Assembly: GCA_964452565.1 (NCBI GenBank)
Contig: CAYVLY010000002.1
Span: 185,166-219,860, forward strand
Origin: an uncultured Gammaproteobacteria bacterium
GTDB taxonomy: Bacteria > Patescibacteriota > Patescibacteriia > UBA9934
Direction: 5' to 3'
DNA length: 34,695 nucleotides
Of this stretch, positions 8,450 through 16,413 are shown piece after piece. How positions within the stretch are numbered: the first letter of the stretch is position 1; each line of letters begins with the position of its first letter. A model generated the notes under the pieces. It saw nothing but the letters and a program-made list of their open reading frames with translations. It was not told the origin of the DNA and ran no database searches. Position numbers and translations under genes: made by a program.

Positions 8450-9550
8450 ATGAAACAAACCATCTACATAGGTGCAGATCATGCTGGATTTGTTATGAAA
8501 GAAACCTTAAAAACAAAACTAGAAAGCCAGGGTTACCACATCGAAGACCTAGGCGCCAACAAACTTGATCCAAAAGATGACTATCCGCAATACGCTGCCT
8601 CAGTTGCCCGAGCTGTAGAAAGCCACAAAGGCTCACTCGGTATTCTTTCATGCGGTAATGCCGAGGGCGTATGCATTGCTGCTAATAAATTCGATGGCAT
8701 CCGTGCTGGAGTAGGATTCTCAAATGACGCAGCCCGAACCATGCGTGAGGATGATAACGCAAACATAATATGTATCCCGGGACGAATCGAGACTATCGAT
8801 GACCCGATCGAAATCGCGCAAACATTTATCAAAACCCCGTTCTCCCAAGCTGCTCGACACAAACGCCGGCTTGCAAAAGTCGCAAGATTTGAAAACATAC
8901 CCGTTGAAGTAGTTCCTGCAATACTTGTTCAAAATTTCGAAATATTTAAGAAACAAATCTCACACTCAGGGATCCGTGGACTGGCACCAATGTGGCAGGT
9001 TGATGTGCTTGATGAATCTATGTTTGAATCTCGATCCTTTTTTGACGCAAAGCAAGTCGCACAGATCAAAGAACTGCCTGAAATCGAGCTTCACTTAATG
9101 ACTCTTGATCCATTGCCAATTATTGAAAACTGGAAGTTCCATATACCAACACTTAAGCGTGCCATTGTACATGCCGAAGTCGATAAGCCATTGGAGCCAA
9201 TACTGGCTTACATCAAAAACCTGGGACTTGAAGCCGGACTTGCTCTTAACCCAGAGACTTCGATCAAAGCAATAAAACCTCTTGTACACCTACTTGATAC
9301 GATTTTGATAATGGGCGTGCACCCAGGTGCCTCAGGCCAATCATTCTTAGGTAAAAAAATCTTTAAGAAGATCAAAAAGGTCGCCAAAAAATATCCAAAT
9401 CTACGTATTGCAGTGGATGGGGGTATAAACCAGGATACTGCGCAAGATATAATCAATGCTGGGGCTCATCAACTCTGTGCAGCTTCGGCTATTTGGAAAG
9501 CAAAAGACCCCACCAAAGCCTTTAACAATCTGTCCACTGAAGATATTTGA
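8450..9550 (+). CDS. Fusion protein: ribose-5-phosphate isomerase B (N-terminal) plus ribulose-phosphate 3-epimerase-like barrel (C-terminal)
   Basis: N-terminal IYIGADHAGF...SCGNAEGVCIAANK is RpiB/LacAB-like. C-terminal ELHLMT, IMGVHPGASGQSF and AVDGGIN match Rpe motifs. TATACT box lies 8 nt upstream of the ATG. Confidence 0.75.
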   Translation: MKQTIYIGADHAGFVMKETLKTKLESQGYHIEDLGANKLDPKDDYPQYAASVARAVESHKGSLGILSCGNAEGVCIAANKFDGIRAGVGFSNDAARTMREDDNANIICIPGRIETIDDPIEIAQTFIKTPFSQAARHKRRLAKVARFENIPVEVVPAILVQNFEIFKKQISHSGIRGLAPMWQVDVLDESMFESRSFFDAKQVAQIKELPEIELHLMTLDPLPIIENWKFHIPTLKRAIVHAEVDKPLEPILAYIKNLGLEAGLALNPETSIKAIKPLVHLLDTILIMGVHPGASGQSFLGKKIFKKIKKVAKKYPNLRIAVDGGINQDTAQDIINAGAHQLCAASAIWKAKDPTKAFNNLSTEDI

Positions 9551-9602
9551 GGCCGTGGCGAAATGTGTTAGTATTTATACGAATTTAATACGCATTTTTA
9601 CT

Positions 9603-10433
9603 ATGAATATAACAATAATCAAACGATCAGCAATCGCATTGGTAGCGATCTTCATGGCATTTGGTGCATTCTTTGGCATCCAACAGGCTCAGGCTTTGAC
9701 AAGTTATGATGACATCGAGGCCGGAGATCTCATCCGTGGAGAAACCTTCTCAGCGGTCTACTACATGGGTGCTGATGGACTTCGCTATGTCTTTCCAAAT
9801 GATAAGACATATTTCACTTGGTATGACGACTTTGATTCAGTTGAATGGATTTCCGACTCTGACCTAGCTAAAATCCAGATTGGTGGAAACGTCACATACA
9901 AGCCAGGTGTGCGAATGGTGAAAATCACCTCTGACCCAAAAACATATGCAGTCGCAGGTGGTGGAGTACTTCGCCATGTAGGAACAGAAGAGGTTGCAAT
10001 TGATCTCTATGGATCATCATGGAACACAATGATTGACGATGTACCTGATGGATTCTTCACAAACTATACGTTAGGCGATGCGATCGATACAGTTGGAGAT
10101 TACGATGCTGATAATGAGGAAGCAGATGCAACAAATATTGGAGAAGACAAAGGTCTACTTGCACCTGCAGAAATCGTGATTGACTCAGGAGGATTTGATC
10201 CAATCTGTGTTGGTATCGAAGTTGGACAAGGTGTTCGGTTCACAAACAACGATGATGAGAATCACTCAGTCACAGCAGACAATCTAAAGTGGGGTAGCGG
10301 AACAATGGCAGCTGGAGTTGAGTATATCGAAACATTTGATGAAGATGACACATATAGTTTCTATGATGGATATGACAGTGCAAACACGGGAGCTGTCTAC
10401 GTAGGAGACGATGCCGACGACTGCACAGAGTAA
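9603..10433 (+). CDS. Secreted protein with C-terminal cupredoxin-like domain (tentative)
   Basis: Start reset to MNITIIKRSAIALVAIFMAFGAFFGIQQAQA (signal-peptide-like). The C-terminal ...VRFTNNDDENHSVTAD... resembles the cupredoxin fold but no Cys ligand is seen. Confidence 0.45.
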   Translation: MNITIIKRSAIALVAIFMAFGAFFGIQQAQALTSYDDIEAGDLIRGETFSAVYYMGADGLRYVFPNDKTYFTWYDDFDSVEWISDSDLAKIQIGGNVTYKPGVRMVKITSDPKTYAVAGGGVLRHVGTEEVAIDLYGSSWNTMIDDVPDGFFTNYTLGDAIDTVGDYDADNEEADATNIGEDKGLLAPAEIVIDSGGFDPICVGIEVGQGVRFTNNDDENHSVTADNLKWGSGTMAAGVEYIETFDEDDTYSFYDGYDSANTGAVYVGDDADDCTE

Positions 10434-10443
10434 TATCAAAGAA

Positions 10444-10469
10444 CCCAGAACGCAGACTACAGAACACAG
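10444..10469. repeat. CAGAAC-type short tandem motif
   Basis: cccagaacgcagactacagaacacag, the reverse orientation of the 7171 and 24463 motifs. Confidence 0.55.
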
Positions 10470-10473
10470 ATCA

Positions 10474-10498
10474 AGAACCGCCTTATGGCGGTTCTTTT
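10474..10498 (+). terminator. Intrinsic terminator
   Basis: AGAACCGCC-ttat-GGCGGTTCT followed by TTT. Confidence 0.8.
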
Positions 10499-10518
10499 AA
10501 TACACGCCAAGGTCCCCA

Positions 10519-10606
10519 GCCAATTTTGACGCGACCCGGCTCCGTCCGCCGAAGCTCCGTTAAGGAGCGTAGGTGGATGGAGGGGAGCCGTTAGACGAAA
10601 ATTGGC
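10519..10606. repeat. Long imperfect palindrome (about 88 nt) in an ORF-free spacer
   Basis: GCCAATTTT...CCGGCTCC pairs with GGAGCCG...AAAATTGGC. The apex is GCTCC-gttaa-GGAGC. Confidence 0.6.
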
Positions 10607-10667
10607 GGCAGGCCTTGAGCATTATTTGTGGCCGCGGGACTACTCTGCAAAAGGCTCTTTCTTTCCC

Positions 10668-10728
10668 CAGTTTCTTTGAGCCAGCAAAGAAACTGGGTCT
10701 GGAGGTTTGGAGGGTGAAACGCCTCCAA
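10668..10728. repeat. 12-bp-stem hairpin fused to the 37-nt repeat
   Basis: CCAGTTTCTTTG-agccag-CAAAGAAACTGG, then 10692-10728, which is identical to 1-37. Confidence 0.8.
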
Positions 10729-10806
10729 GCGATTGGTGAATCCTAAAATTCCCTTCAATCACTTAGGATGACGAAAATGGGTGGGATGAGCTATAATGAG
10801 ACTACT

Positions 10807-11217
10807 ATGAAACTCCTTCGATCAAATCACCACAACATGCGCATTATTCATTGGATTGTATTTGTTATAGCGCTTTGGATTATATTAGTGCCTTTTATCG
10901 GTGATGACATTCTCAAACTTGTACTTGGAGAATCAGTATTTGCACAAGTGAACATTGTCGATCTGCTTAAATGGGACGATCTATTTCTGGGCCTTGGAAT
11001 CTGTATCCTGTCTCTTATTGCAGCAACACTTGAACAACTTTCAAAAAAACACCCTGGACTTAAAGCTATGCACTGGATGCAACTGGTTCTGGGAATCTGG
11101 ATTACAGTGGCGCCATTTGCAATAACTTTTGATCTTGAAAGCTTTGCATGGTCTCATTTTGTAAGTGGTGTCTTAATAGCAACATTTGCATTGTTGCAAA
11201 TCCGATACGAGGAGTAG
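10807..11217 (+). CDS. Small multi-pass membrane protein (SPW-repeat-like, tentative)
   Basis: Four hydrophobic segments with repeated W-I-x-V-x-P-F motifs. The ORF is open from 10768, but TATAAT at 10792-10797 lies 9 nt upstream of the ATG at 10807, so that start is preferred. Confidence 0.5.
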   Translation: MKLLRSNHHNMRIIHWIVFVIALWIILVPFIGDDILKLVLGESVFAQVNIVDLLKWDDLFLGLGICILSLIAATLEQLSKKHPGLKAMHWMQLVLGIWITVAPFAITFDLESFAWSHFVSGVLIATFALLQIRYEE

Positions 11218-11224
11218 ACCGATC

Positions 11225-11283
11225 GTCATCCTGAGGCCCCGCGAAGGATCCACTAGTAGATTCTTCGCTCCGCTCAGAATGAC
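11225..11283. repeat. Palindromic intergenic element, GTCATYCTGA family
   Basis: gtcatcctgaggccccgcgaaggatc ... gattcttcgctccgctcagaatgac. Confidence 0.8.
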
Positions 11284-11331
11284 AAGATGCTTTAAACTTT
11301 CAACTTTATACTTTCAGCTACCACCTCTTCT

Positions 11332-12210
11332 ATGCCTCCAGTTAGGGATATAAAACCACTTTCTGAAAAAAAACTTTTTGCGCTTGAGAAACGTGCGGAC
11401 AATATTCGTGCTGACATGCTTAAGATGCTTGAGAACGCAGGGAGCGGGCACTCAGCAGGACCACTTGGACTAGCTGATATTTTTACTGCGCTCTACTTCC
11501 ACATTCTTGTGCATGATCCTAAAAAACCAAATTGGAAAGATCGTGACCGGCTGCTGCTGTCTTGCGGGCATACAGCACCTATTCGATATACAACAATGGC
11601 GCATGCTGGGTACTTCCCTAAAAGTGAGTTAAAAACACTACGCAAGTTTGGCTCCCGCCTTCAAGGTCACCCAGAAATGACATACCTGCCTGGGCTTGAA
11701 AATACTTCAGGACCACTTGGTGATGGATCCCCTCAGGCAGCAGGTCTCGCTTACATTGCAAAACAAGAAAAACTTCCATGGCACACATACTGTGTGATGT
11801 CAGACGGCGAACTCCAGGCTGGAATCACTTGGGAGGCTGCACTTTTCGCTGGTCGAAACGCATTACACAATCTTACGTGGATTATTGATCGAAATAACAT
11901 TCAGATCGATGGGTATACTGAAGAGGTTATGCCGCTTGAACCACTGGTTGATAAGTTTGAGGCCTTCAACTTCCATGTCATTGAGGTTGACGGTCACAAC
12001 ATGCGAGAGATCGTTGATGCATGTGCGTACGCACAATCAATCTACGAACAGCCATGCGTGATCATCGCACACACCACTCCCGGCAAAGGAGTGGACTTTA
12101 TGGAATTTGAGCCAATCTGGCATGGGAAGCCGCCAAAAGATAAGGCTGAATTAAATCGTGCACTAAATGCCCTTCGAACTTTAAATGGTAAAATCGAAGC
12201 TGGAGAGTAA
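11332..12210 (+). CDS. Transketolase, N-terminal (ThDP-binding) subunit
   Basis: GSGHSAGPLGLADIFTALYF, SDGELQAG and DRNNIQIDG motifs. Length (292 aa) matches split-type transketolase. Confidence 0.88.
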   Translation: MPPVRDIKPLSEKKLFALEKRADNIRADMLKMLENAGSGHSAGPLGLADIFTALYFHILVHDPKKPNWKDRDRLLLSCGHTAPIRYTTMAHAGYFPKSELKTLRKFGSRLQGHPEMTYLPGLENTSGPLGDGSPQAAGLAYIAKQEKLPWHTYCVMSDGELQAGITWEAALFAGRNALHNLTWIIDRNNIQIDGYTEEVMPLEPLVDKFEAFNFHVIEVDGHNMREIVDACAYAQSIYEQPCVIIAHTTPGKGVDFMEFEPIWHGKPPKDKAELNRALNALRTLNGKIEAGE

Positions 12211-12246
12211 TCACTTTTTATCACTTCTATAACCCTTATAACTTCT
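12208..12246 (-). repeat. GTGAT-triplet element (inverted copy)
   Basis: Reverse complement reads GAAGTTATAAGGGTTATAGAAGTGATAAAAAGTGATTA. Overlaps the transketolase-N stop codon. Confidence 0.65.
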
Positions 12247-12251
12247 TTATT

Positions 12252-13148
12252 ATGAAACTCACAACAAATAAAAAACGTATTGTAATCCTTGCGATTATTA
12301 TCGTCGTGCTCTTTTTGGGAAGCTTATTGATGAATTCGATGAGTAGTTCAACTGGCTCATACGAATTTGGCAGCGATTCATCATATCGTCTTAGCCAGTC
12401 ACTAGATGAATCTGCCATGTATGCAACACCCGAATCAGCTGCATCCTACAGCAACGATGCATACGATGTTTCCGAATCTGAACAGCATGTAATAAAAACT
12501 GGATTACTAGACCTGACAGTAGACAGCATCGATGTAGCCGCAGATGAACTTACAGCGATCGCGACCGCTTATGAAGGAACTGTGACTGATAAGTACGTGT
12601 ACAGTTATGGTGACTACAAATACGGAACAGTTGAGATAAAGGTTGCTGAAAATCATTTTGACGCTGCAATCGAATCTATAAAAGAAATTGCAACAGCGGT
12701 TAACTCCGAGAATGTTAGCGCTGAAGATGTTACAGAGCAGGTCATTGATCTTCAAGCTAGGCTTGAGAATGCTCAGGCTGAGGAAGCCGCATATGTCAGT
12801 GTTCTAAATCGAGCAACAACCGTCGAAGATATCTTAAATGTTCAGTACTACCTTTCAAACGTACGTGAGGAGATTGAGCGTTATGAGGCACAGCTCGAAT
12901 ACTATGAAAGTCGCACCAGCTACTCGACCATAACAGTAGAACTTACTGAGGCAACAACAATTGTGCTTGATTCTGATGAGTTCCAACCACTGCAAACTAT
13001 AAAGGACTCTGTTCAGACAGTCATTCGCTTGTTCCAAGGATTCATACTTGGGCTCATCGAACTTATAATCGTTGGTGGTGCAGTAATAATCCCAATCTTA
13101 ATCCTATTCTTTGGTGGAAGAAAGATTTACCAACGATACAAAAAATAA
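12252..13148 (+). CDS. DUF4349-like membrane-anchored protein
   Basis: N-terminal TM segment, central coiled region (DVTEQVIDLQARLENAQAEE...REEIERYEAQLEYYESRTSYSTITVEL) and C-terminal TM segment. This pattern is typical of DUF4349. Confidence 0.6.
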   Translation: MKLTTNKKRIVILAIIIVVLFLGSLLMNSMSSSTGSYEFGSDSSYRLSQSLDESAMYATPESAASYSNDAYDVSESEQHVIKTGLLDLTVDSIDVAADELTAIATAYEGTVTDKYVYSYGDYKYGTVEIKVAENHFDAAIESIKEIATAVNSENVSAEDVTEQVIDLQARLENAQAEEAAYVSVLNRATTVEDILNVQYYLSNVREEIERYEAQLEYYESRTSYSTITVELTEATTIVLDSDEFQPLQTIKDSVQTVIRLFQGFILGLIELIIVGGAVIIPILILFFGGRKIYQRYKK

Positions 13149-13151
13149 ACT

Positions 13152-14123
13152 ATGCTGATTCGCAGCTGGAAAAAGAAAAATACACTCAAACACATCCCTA
13201 CGCGTAATGGATACGGTGAAGGCTTGGTTGAAGTTGGTAAAAAGGATAAAAATGTCTACGTGCTTTCAGCTGACTTAACTGACTCAACACGTGTGCAAGC
13301 GTTTAAAGATGTATTTCCAGATCGTTTTGTACAAATGGGTGTATCTGAGCAATCTTTAGCTGCGGTTGGAGCTGGAATGGCACTTGCTGGCAAAACAGTA
13401 TTCATCTCAAGCTATGCATGCTTCTCACCTGGACGAAACTGGGAGCAGATTAGGACCACTGGATGCCTTCAGAAAACCAATTTGAAAATTGGAGGCGCGC
13501 ATGCAGGTGTATCGGTCGGGCCTGACGGAGCAACACATCAAATGACCGAGGACATTGCTTTGATGCGCGTGCTGCCTGAAATGACAGTACTTGTTCCATG
13601 TGATTCAAATGAAACTCGAAAGGCTGTAGTTGCTGCAGCTAAGAAAAAAGGACCGGTATATATTCGATTTGCACGTGAAAAGAGCCCGGTCTTTACTACC
13701 CCATCTGCGAAGTTCGAAATTGGTAAAGCTCAGGTTCTTCTAAAAGGCAATGACGTTGCACTTATCGGCTGCGGTCCGATTTTGTATGAGTGTCTACTAG
13801 CTGCCGATGAGCTTTCAAAACTAGGAATAAAGGCTCGTGTTATTAATAATGCTAGTGTAAAGCCAATGGATGAAAAAACGATTCTAACAGCTGCGAAGGA
13901 GTGTGGATGCATTGTTACAGCAGAGGAAGCACAAGCCGCAGGAGGTATGGGGTCAGCAGTATGCGAGCTTCTAAGCGAAGAGTATCCTGTCCCAGTCGAA
14001 CGCATCGGACTTCAAGATAAGTTCGGGCAATCAGGAAAACCAGAAGAGCTACTTGAACATTACAAACTAACAGCGCCATGGATAGTAAAAGCCGCGCAGA
14101 GGGTGGTGAGGAAAAAACAGTAG
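13152..14123 (+). CDS. Transketolase, C-terminal (pyrimidine-binding plus C-terminal domain) subunit
   Basis: PTRNGYGEGLVE, FVQMGVSEQSLAAVGAGMA, HAGVSVGPDGATHQ. Confidence 0.88.
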   Translation: MLIRSWKKKNTLKHIPTRNGYGEGLVEVGKKDKNVYVLSADLTDSTRVQAFKDVFPDRFVQMGVSEQSLAAVGAGMALAGKTVFISSYACFSPGRNWEQIRTTGCLQKTNLKIGGAHAGVSVGPDGATHQMTEDIALMRVLPEMTVLVPCDSNETRKAVVAAAKKKGPVYIRFAREKSPVFTTPSAKFEIGKAQVLLKGNDVALIGCGPILYECLLAADELSKLGIKARVINNASVKPMDEKTILTAAKECGCIVTAEEAQAAGGMGSAVCELLSEEYPVPVERIGLQDKFGQSGKPEELLEHYKLTAPWIVKAAQRVVRKKQ

Positions 14124-14125
14124 TT

Positions 14126-14152
14126 AAAGACCGGCCGATCGGCCGGTCTTTT
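14126..14152. terminator. Bidirectional hairpin terminator
   Basis: AAAGACCGGCCGATCGGCCGGTCTTT, a perfect palindrome flanked by A-run and T-run. Confidence 0.85.
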
Positions 14153-14157
14153 GATAC

Positions 14158-14210
14158 AAACAACAACGCCCGAGAGGAGTAATCTCAACTCTCGGGCGTA
14201 GTAACGTGAG
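14158..14210 (-). terminator. Cassette 3' module (copy 1): conserved hairpin terminator
   Basis: 14161-14201 is identical to 15966-16006 (41 nt). Minus strand: CACGTTaCTACGCCCGAGAG-loop-CTCTCGGGCG followed by TTGTTGTTTG. Confidence 0.8.
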
Positions 14211-14225
14211 CAGCAGCAGGCTTGC

Positions 14226-14720
14226 TCAGTCAGTGGGATCCTGGCGACCCCCTTCAGAGTTGGGCGGGTCCTCAACCGGGTTGAAAACACCATCCTCTGT
14301 GAGGAGATCCTCTTTATCAACAAGGATTTCACGCTTCAAGTTCTCCGAACCGATCAAGGCGTACACGTCGTACAACGTCCGGGTGTTTGCGTCGTATCGC
14401 CCCGCAATGGATGGCTCCAGCCGGTTATCAGCCGCACTCAGGAACCAACGTCCATCAGGATAAGACGTTAGACCAAGGTTCATTCCAACCGTGACGAGAT
14501 ACGTCGTCAATCCTCGATCAAACAGCAGTAATCTTATGCCCCCACAACTACTGAAACCCGCTCTACTGACCTCATCTTGAAATGCTCGTAGATCGTCCAA
14601 TGTCGCAATGGCTCCATAGGCGCACCTATACAAACACCTCGTTCCGGTTTCATGGGGGGGCTGATCATCCGCAAGTATGGCGGAATGCATTTCCACAACC
14701 CTAACTTTATATTTAGGCAC
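14226..14720 (-). CDS. Cassette payload C1, GC-rich ORFan (164 aa)
   Basis: GTG start 10 nt after GGAAGG within the conserved 5' module. Longest ORF in the unit. No recognisable motif. Confidence 0.6.
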   Translation of the reverse strand: MPKYKVRVVEMHSAILADDQPPHETGTRCLYRCAYGAIATLDDLRAFQDEVSRAGFSSCGGIRLLLFDRGLTTYLVTVGMNLGLTSYPDGRWFLSAADNRLEPSIAGRYDANTRTLYDVYALIGSENLKREILVDKEDLLTEDGVFNPVEDPPNSEGGRQDPTD

Positions 14721-14809
14721 TATTGACTGTCCTTCCGTATTTGCGCCTCTGGGCCTGGTTGAATGAACAGAGAATGAATATAGACGAAAAAAGGTTCTTT
14801 GTCAAGCCT
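14721..14809 (-). promoter_or_regulatory. Cassette 5' module (copy 1): TTGACA-N17-TATATT promoter plus conserved leader
   Basis: -35 at 14800-14805 and -10 at 14777-14782 (minus strand). Leader is CATTCTCTGTTCATTCAACCAGGCCCAGAGGCGCA, then GGAAGG. Confidence 0.75.
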
Positions 14810-14821
14810 AAAGCACAAAAA

Positions 14822-14876
14822 CCAGCGATGAAGCTGGCTATAAAAACAACAACGCCCGAGAGAGAACTCTCGGGCG
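14822..14876 (-). terminator. Cassette 3' module (copy 2): two successive hairpins
   Basis: CGCCCGAGAG-ttct-CTCTCGGGCG (14853-14876) followed by TTGTTGTTTTT, then CCAGC-N6-GCTGG (14822-14837) followed by TTTTT. Confidence 0.75.
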
Positions 14877-14898
14877 CAGGACGGGAATGGTGGTAGGC

Positions 14899-15222
14899 CT
14901 ACTCATGACGGAACAGGTCGCCCTCGATGGGAGACTCACGAAGGCTACGCATGCCTCGGAGGCACATAGTGCCGATCATGATCTGTACGCTGTGGTGATA
15001 AACAGACCACTGCTGTTTCTGAATACGAATCTCGCAGGACCGCGGAAGCTCCATCTCATGCACCGTCTGACGGTCCAGAATGTTGTCGCCGCCATATTCG
15101 ACCACGATGTCAAGATGATCACCCGCGAAGGCACCTACCAACTCGAGGACGGTCGACACCTCCCTGCCCCCCGCAAGAATCCGCATAATTGGGTGAGTGC
15201 TTATTCTCAAAACGCTGGCCAT
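14899..15222 (-). CDS. Cassette payload C2, GC-rich ORFan (107 aa)
   Basis: ATG at 15222 is 8 nt after AAAGGG, downstream of the conserved leader. A 117-aa antisense shadow ORF (14887-15240) exists but is His-rich and lacks signals. Strand chosen from cassette context. Confidence 0.5.
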   Translation of the reverse strand: MASVLRISTHPIMRILAGGREVSTVLELVGAFAGDHLDIVVEYGGDNILDRQTVHEMELPRSCEIRIQKQQWSVYHHSVQIMIGTMCLRGMRSLRESPIEGDLFRHE

Positions 15223-15309
15223 TGCTATGACCCTTTGTGATGCGCCTCTGGGCCTAGGTTGAATGAACAGAGAATGAATATACTTCATTTGGGCCCTTTT
15301 GTCAAGCCT
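15223..15309 (-). promoter_or_regulatory. Cassette 5' module (copy 2)
   Basis: 15241-15309 is identical to 15861-15929 (69 nt). -35 at 15300-15305, -10 at 15277-15282. Confidence 0.8.
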
Positions 15310-15326
15310 TTATGCTATCTTTCTTG

Positions 15327-15364
15327 AAAACAACAACACCCTGTACTACGTCAAGTACAGGGCG
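15327..15364 (-). terminator. Cassette 3' module (copy 3), stem sequence replaced but architecture kept
   Basis: Minus strand: CGCCCTGTACT-tgacgt-AGTACAGGGTG followed by the conserved TTGTTGTTTTC tail. Confidence 0.7.
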
Positions 15365-15443
15365 CGGCCCCGCACCGCGATCGGTACAGGGTGAGATCCA
15401 AGAGGAGCCGGGCTCAACTCTCAAATATGAAGGTGTCTAAAGC

Positions 15444-15842
15444 TCATTCCCGGTCAAGAATTGTCATATCTGACCAGTACAATAACTCACCATTGAGCTC
15501 CTCTGTATCAGGATCGACAAAGCCACGAGCCAATTCGCGTATAGCCCCATCACTGTGCTGCGAATAAAGGCTCCAGCTGCGATCGTGACGAATGGTCATC
15601 GATAGATCTCGTTTGAAAAAGAACATACGATTTCCATCCACCAAGAAGACAATTCGATCAGCGGGATCGTGATCTCCATCAGGCCCCTTGCCGAATAGTG
15701 CTTTTTGAAAATCGACATAGTTTCCAATCGACCACCAATTGTGGATCTCGGGCAAGGCTTTGGATGAAGTCTTGTGCCGCCTTGCCAGATGAATAGCAAC
15801 AATTTTGAAGAGCTCCGCTATAGGTTCCGTGGTGCTGGTCAT
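15444..15842 (-). CDS. Cassette payload C3, GC-rich ORFan (132 aa)
   Basis: ATG at 15842 is 8 nt after GGAAGG. The ORF-track N-terminal extension runs through the promoter and leader and is rejected. No competing plus-strand ORF. Confidence 0.65.
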   Translation of the reverse strand: MTSTTEPIAELFKIVAIHLARRHKTSSKALPEIHNWWSIGNYVDFQKALFGKGPDGDHDPADRIVFLVDGNRMFFFKRDLSMTIRHDRSWSLYSQHSDGAIRELARGFVDPDTEELNGELLYWSDMTILDRE

Positions 15843-15929
15843 TGTACTGACCTTCCGTACTGCGCCTCTGGGCCTAGGTTGAATGAACAGAGAATGAATA
15901 TACTTCATTTGGGCCCTTTTGTCAAGCCT
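15843..15929 (-). promoter_or_regulatory. Cassette 5' module (copy 3)
   Basis: -35 at 15920-15925, -10 at 15897-15902. 69-nt perfect match to copy 2. Confidence 0.8.
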
Positions 15930-15941
15930 GAAGCATGAAAA

Positions 15942-16017
15942 CCAGTAATAAAGCTGGCTAAAAAACAACAACGCCCGAGAGGAGTAATCTCAACTCTCGG
16001 GCGTAGAACGTGGGCAA
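15942..16017 (-). terminator. Cassette 3' module (copy 4): two successive hairpins
   Basis: 15972-16003 hairpin is identical to 14167-14198. Second hairpin CCAGT-N6-GCTGG at 15942-15957. Confidence 0.8.
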
Positions 16018-16029
16018 CAGCGGCGGGCG

Positions 16030-16380
16030 CTACTCGTAGATGAGGACATAGCCGAGGACCGGCTCTTGGGCGCCCTTGGCATCAGGCTTTCCGGGAAGAA
16101 AAGGTCCTTCCACGACCACCGCCCCCTGGCATGTGACGCACCATCGAGGGACATCATCAGCATACAGACCCCCATGCCGGAATATAATCTCCCGAAAGCA
16201 GTCTAGGACCAAGTCGAGGACCTGGCTATTGCGCATGTAGACCACCCCGATGGACTCGTTGCCCATCACGGCAGCCTGTAGCTCAGCGATCGTATCGACT
16301 GAACGCAGTGAACCACCTCCTTCATGCACCTCAATCCGCGCGATTCGGAAACGCTGGGGCTCTTTCTTCTTGGTACCCAA
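16030..16380 (-). CDS. Cassette payload C4, GC-rich ORFan (116 aa)
   Basis: TTG start 5 nt after GGGAGG, with its own promoter upstream and the conserved 3' module downstream. Confidence 0.6.
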   Translation of the reverse strand: MGTKKKEPQRFRIARIEVHEGGGSLRSVDTIAELQAAVMGNESIGVVYMRNSQVLDLVLDCFREIIFRHGGLYADDVPRWCVTCQGAVVVEGPFLPGKPDAKGAQEPVLGYVLIYE

Positions 16381-16413
16381 TGGTACCTCCCTTCAGTCCT
16401 TTTCGGACCAGGA

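Noticed and set aside
7978-8482. Minus-strand ORFs 7978-8280 and 8048-8482 opposite B2
   Set aside because: They have no upstream signals. The longer one runs into the rpiB-rpe promoter and start region. They are antisense shadow ORFs.
14887-15240. 117-aa plus-strand ORF antisense to cassette C2
   Set aside because: - Codon-position statistics are almost symmetric between the two strands, so this one is genuinely ambiguous.
- The conserved promoter, leader, SD and terminator are all minus-strand, as in C1, C3 and C4.
- The plus-strand translation has about 11 percent His, typical of the antisense of ATG/GTG-rich coding sequence.
- It is kept as a caveat on the C2 confidence.
14741-16006. Regularly spaced repeats (about 620-nt period) that could be mistaken for a CRISPR-like or integron array
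   Set aside because: - The repeat units are 40-70 nt promoter/leader and terminator modules separated by 300-500-nt coding payloads, not 25-40-nt repeats with short spacers.
- There is no attC-type R/L box symmetry with a GTTRRRY core.
- No cas or intI gene is in the window.
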